Shown: one piece after another, positions 61,181 to 64,000 of the stretch
Layout of the letters: every line of letters begins with the position of its first letter
How positions within the stretch are numbered: the stretch's first letter is position 1
Made by a program: the position numbers and the translations under genes
DNA from: Eledone cirrhosa
Lineage: Eukaryota
NCBI GenBank assembly: GCA_964016885.1
Contig: OZ024743.1
Location: forward strand, 320,974,001-321,038,000
Reading direction: 5' to 3'
DNA length: 64,000 bases
The notes under the pieces: generated by a model
Databases searched by the model: none
The model's input: only the letters and a program-made list of their open reading frames with translations
Told to the model about the DNA's origin: nothing

Positions 61181-61381
61181 TGTGTATATATATATGTATA
61201 TATAAGTATGTATATGTATATATATGTATGTATATATGTATGTATGTATATATATATATATTTGTATATATATGTATGTATATGTATAGATATATATATG
61301 TATGTATATGTATGTATGTATATATATATATATTTGTATATATATGCATGTATATGTATATATATATATGTATGTATATGT

Positions 61382-61423
<42 letters not shown>

Positions 61424-61728
61424 ATGTATGTATAAGTATATGTATATATATATGTATATGTATATATGTATATGTATGTAAATGTATATATATGTATGTA
61501 TGTATATGTATATATATATATGTATATATATATCTATGTATATGTATATATATATATGTATGTATATATATATATGTGTGTGTGCATATATATATGTATA
61601 TATATATATATGTGTATGTATACATATGTATATGTATATATATGTATGCGTATGTTTATATGTATATATGTGCATGTATATATATATGTATGTGTATGTA
61701 TATATATGTATATGTATATATATGTATG

Positions 61729-61773
<45 letters not shown>

Positions 61774-62208
61774 ATGTATGTATATATATATGGTGGCTGC
61801 CAACTCGTTTTCGAGTACGGCCACTACTTTATATCCATGTAGGAGAACCCCTACCGATGCGCTGAACGAGAGTGGCCTTTTAGTCCAGCCAGCGACTTGA
61901 AAACTCTGGTACAAACACTACACTTGTGACAATTATTGACACATAGTGCTGGGCCCATGGTACCATGTGACGACAAGTGCAGAGAGATCTCCAGATATAA
62001 AGCAATGCCTGTGCCGTAAAGCTTTTATAGTGAGCAAAGGCACTGCACAAAGCCAGTCTCACTCTCTTAACCAAGATGATATTTACCAAAAAGAAGAACA
62101 AGTCAACAGCATTGGATACCATCAGGGTTGCAGGTGTTATATCAGAGTTTTCTTTCTCCTAGAATTCTGCCTTGACAAAGGCTAAGGGGTCATCTCTCCC
62201 GGTGACTC

Positions 62209-62520
62209 TTAATGACCCTTATGTTGTTTATTACATAACAGTGCTTTATTTCTTCCCTTTTGTGGGCAGAAATTGCTTTTATTTCTAACCAGTGATTCGT
62301 CTTCAGTGTTGGTGTCGTTGTGGAAGAATTCCGTTAGTCGCAGCTTTCGGCAGTATTCCATGATGTCATCCTTCATTTCGGGGAAGTTTGGTTTACGTGG
62401 TGTAGGTGTAAATTTCAGGCCCTTACTTAAAATGTTGATTTGTGTGTTGGTTAGAGGTGTCTTTGAGAGGTTGATTATTTTTGGTTTCTCCTGAGGGGGG
62501 GCCATCGAGTATCCTGGTAT
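62209..62520 (-). mobile_element. N-terminal ORF fragment of a Neptune/Poseidon-like PLE
   Basis: IINLSKTPLT..QINILSKGLKFTPTP...CRKLRLTEFF. Confidence 0.78.
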
Positions 62521-63286
62521 TTCAGGCTTTTCCCTAAAAAAGGAATGTAATTTTGTGTGTGATTATATTTTGTTGGTCTGTTGCGTGTGGGTCTGTAGCT
62601 TGTTGTTTCATGAGGGTGAATGTGATGGTGGGGGTGGTATGTGTTGTGGTTGTTGATGAGCAAGGGTTCTGTTGTTGGTTCATGTGGTCTGGGTGCGTTA
62701 TTTCTGTGGTACAGAGTGTTGAGGTTGGGGGGTTGTCTTTTGTTGGATTGAGGGTGATGTCTGGTGTGGTTGTGGGTAAGTTCTGTTGTGATTTAAGTGC
62801 ACTAAATCCCTTTCTATCAATCTCCCCTCTCCTACCTACCACATGAAGATATATGTATGTATATTGCTTCCACCCCCTCACTGACCAGCAGCTGGCCATC
62901 TGGCCATTGCTAAATTTGACCTATATAAAATAACCCACACCCCCAAATAACTTCTCATTCACTACCAGAAAGGCACCCAGCAGTCAACGAGCTGCTACCA
63001 AGATGAAAACTACTGTGAAATCCCACAATGAATTTTATACTTGAATTTTCAAATCTCAAATTTTAACTCTTATTATTATAAATTTTTCTTAATATTAATC
63101 AACATTTGAAAAGATGGCTTTTGCAGACCCATCGAACCCGGTCATTTTTTATACCCTTTATTATTTCCTTACCTTATAAAATTATATGTTTTTTCACAAA
63201 AAAGTATTCTGTCTATTATATATTCCATGTGCCATTACCAACCTCAATTTTCTCTATAACCTTCGTTTTGTGTAGTAAATTACACT

Positions 63287-63379
<93 letters not shown>

Positions 63380-63383
<4 letters not shown>

Positions 63384-64000
63384 TAGACCACTGGAAGGTA
63401 ATATCCGTAGTGCATGTAGTGCATGGGACGAGTTTGGTAGAAGTAGTAACACAACAGTTAGTTCACCATACCGAGAACAATTGTTTCACCTTATGCGGAT
63501 CTTCAGATCGTAATGGTCATGGTTATTCGGGACAGGAAGAACAACCGTATGAACGCGCATGCGCAGAAACGGTCACTTCCCCCAAGCGATACAAAACCAC
63601 GGATGAAAAGTGTAAGGGAGATAACTGCGAAAGTCCGGAAAAGATGTTGATTAGAATATTAGAATGTTGCTGTTATTCAATGTGGAGCTCAGTAGTTATT
63701 CAAGAGGTGTTTCCAGACATGTGGACAACGTGAGAAGATTTCATTTCTTTAATTTAGGCAATCGCTATTGCGTAATCTCTTTAGAATATTTATCCCTTCT
63801 TCAATACACAGTCCACAAGACGGATATCCCCTTGTGTATGGCTTGGACTTAGTGATGGCTTTCCATTGAATGGAGTAGTCTGTACCTGAGTCCTTCAGGA
63901 ACCATACGTGGCTCGCGAGTTTCGTGGTTGATCGTTTATCCGGGTACCTAAAGATCTACTGATGGTTCAGTCAGCGCTCCTTAAATCGGCCCTCCGCCAT
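63380..64000 (-). mobile_element. Hydra-type PLE 3' end (GIY-YIG C-terminus plus pLTR), runs off the window
   Basis: FKER*LNH, TKLASHVWFLKD, CGLCIEE, RNEIFSRCPH; HHR CTGAAGA-T-CC/GG-T-GAAAC-AATT-GTT at 63472-63510; ends in (GA)n(TA)n. Confidence 0.85.

Overview
AT-rich, repeat-dense eukaryotic (animal) genomic DNA. The SINE families and the (TA)n density resemble an octopod cephalopod, which is an inference. Only one intact host gene is supportable: a single-exon POLG2 (558-1739, minus strand). There are also decayed PAN/apple-domain exons at about 38.8-41.4 kb. The rest is a nested transposon landscape: a full-length but disabled CsRn1-clade Gypsy LTR element (3598-9488, AGTG TSD, tRNA-Trp PBS), a DD36E Tc1-type transposon, fragments of a mariner and of RTE, R4/Dong and CRE-like LINEs, tRNA-derived SINEs and Helitron-like elements. 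Most abundant are Penelope-like elements (PLEs; Hydra-, Naiad- and Neptune-like), which end in (TA)n microsatellites. Reading the non-coding DNA shows roughly 15 distinct type I hammerhead-ribozyme (HHR) families in these PLE pseudo-LTRs. It also shows two ORF-less tandem-plus-inverted HHR arrays (retrozyme-like) and a recurrent head-to-head geometry with both 3' ends in (TA)n, sometimes joining different families. Most short ORFs in the track are microsatellite artefacts. All alignments and folds were done by eye, and boundaries are approximate unless a TSD or TIR fixes them.
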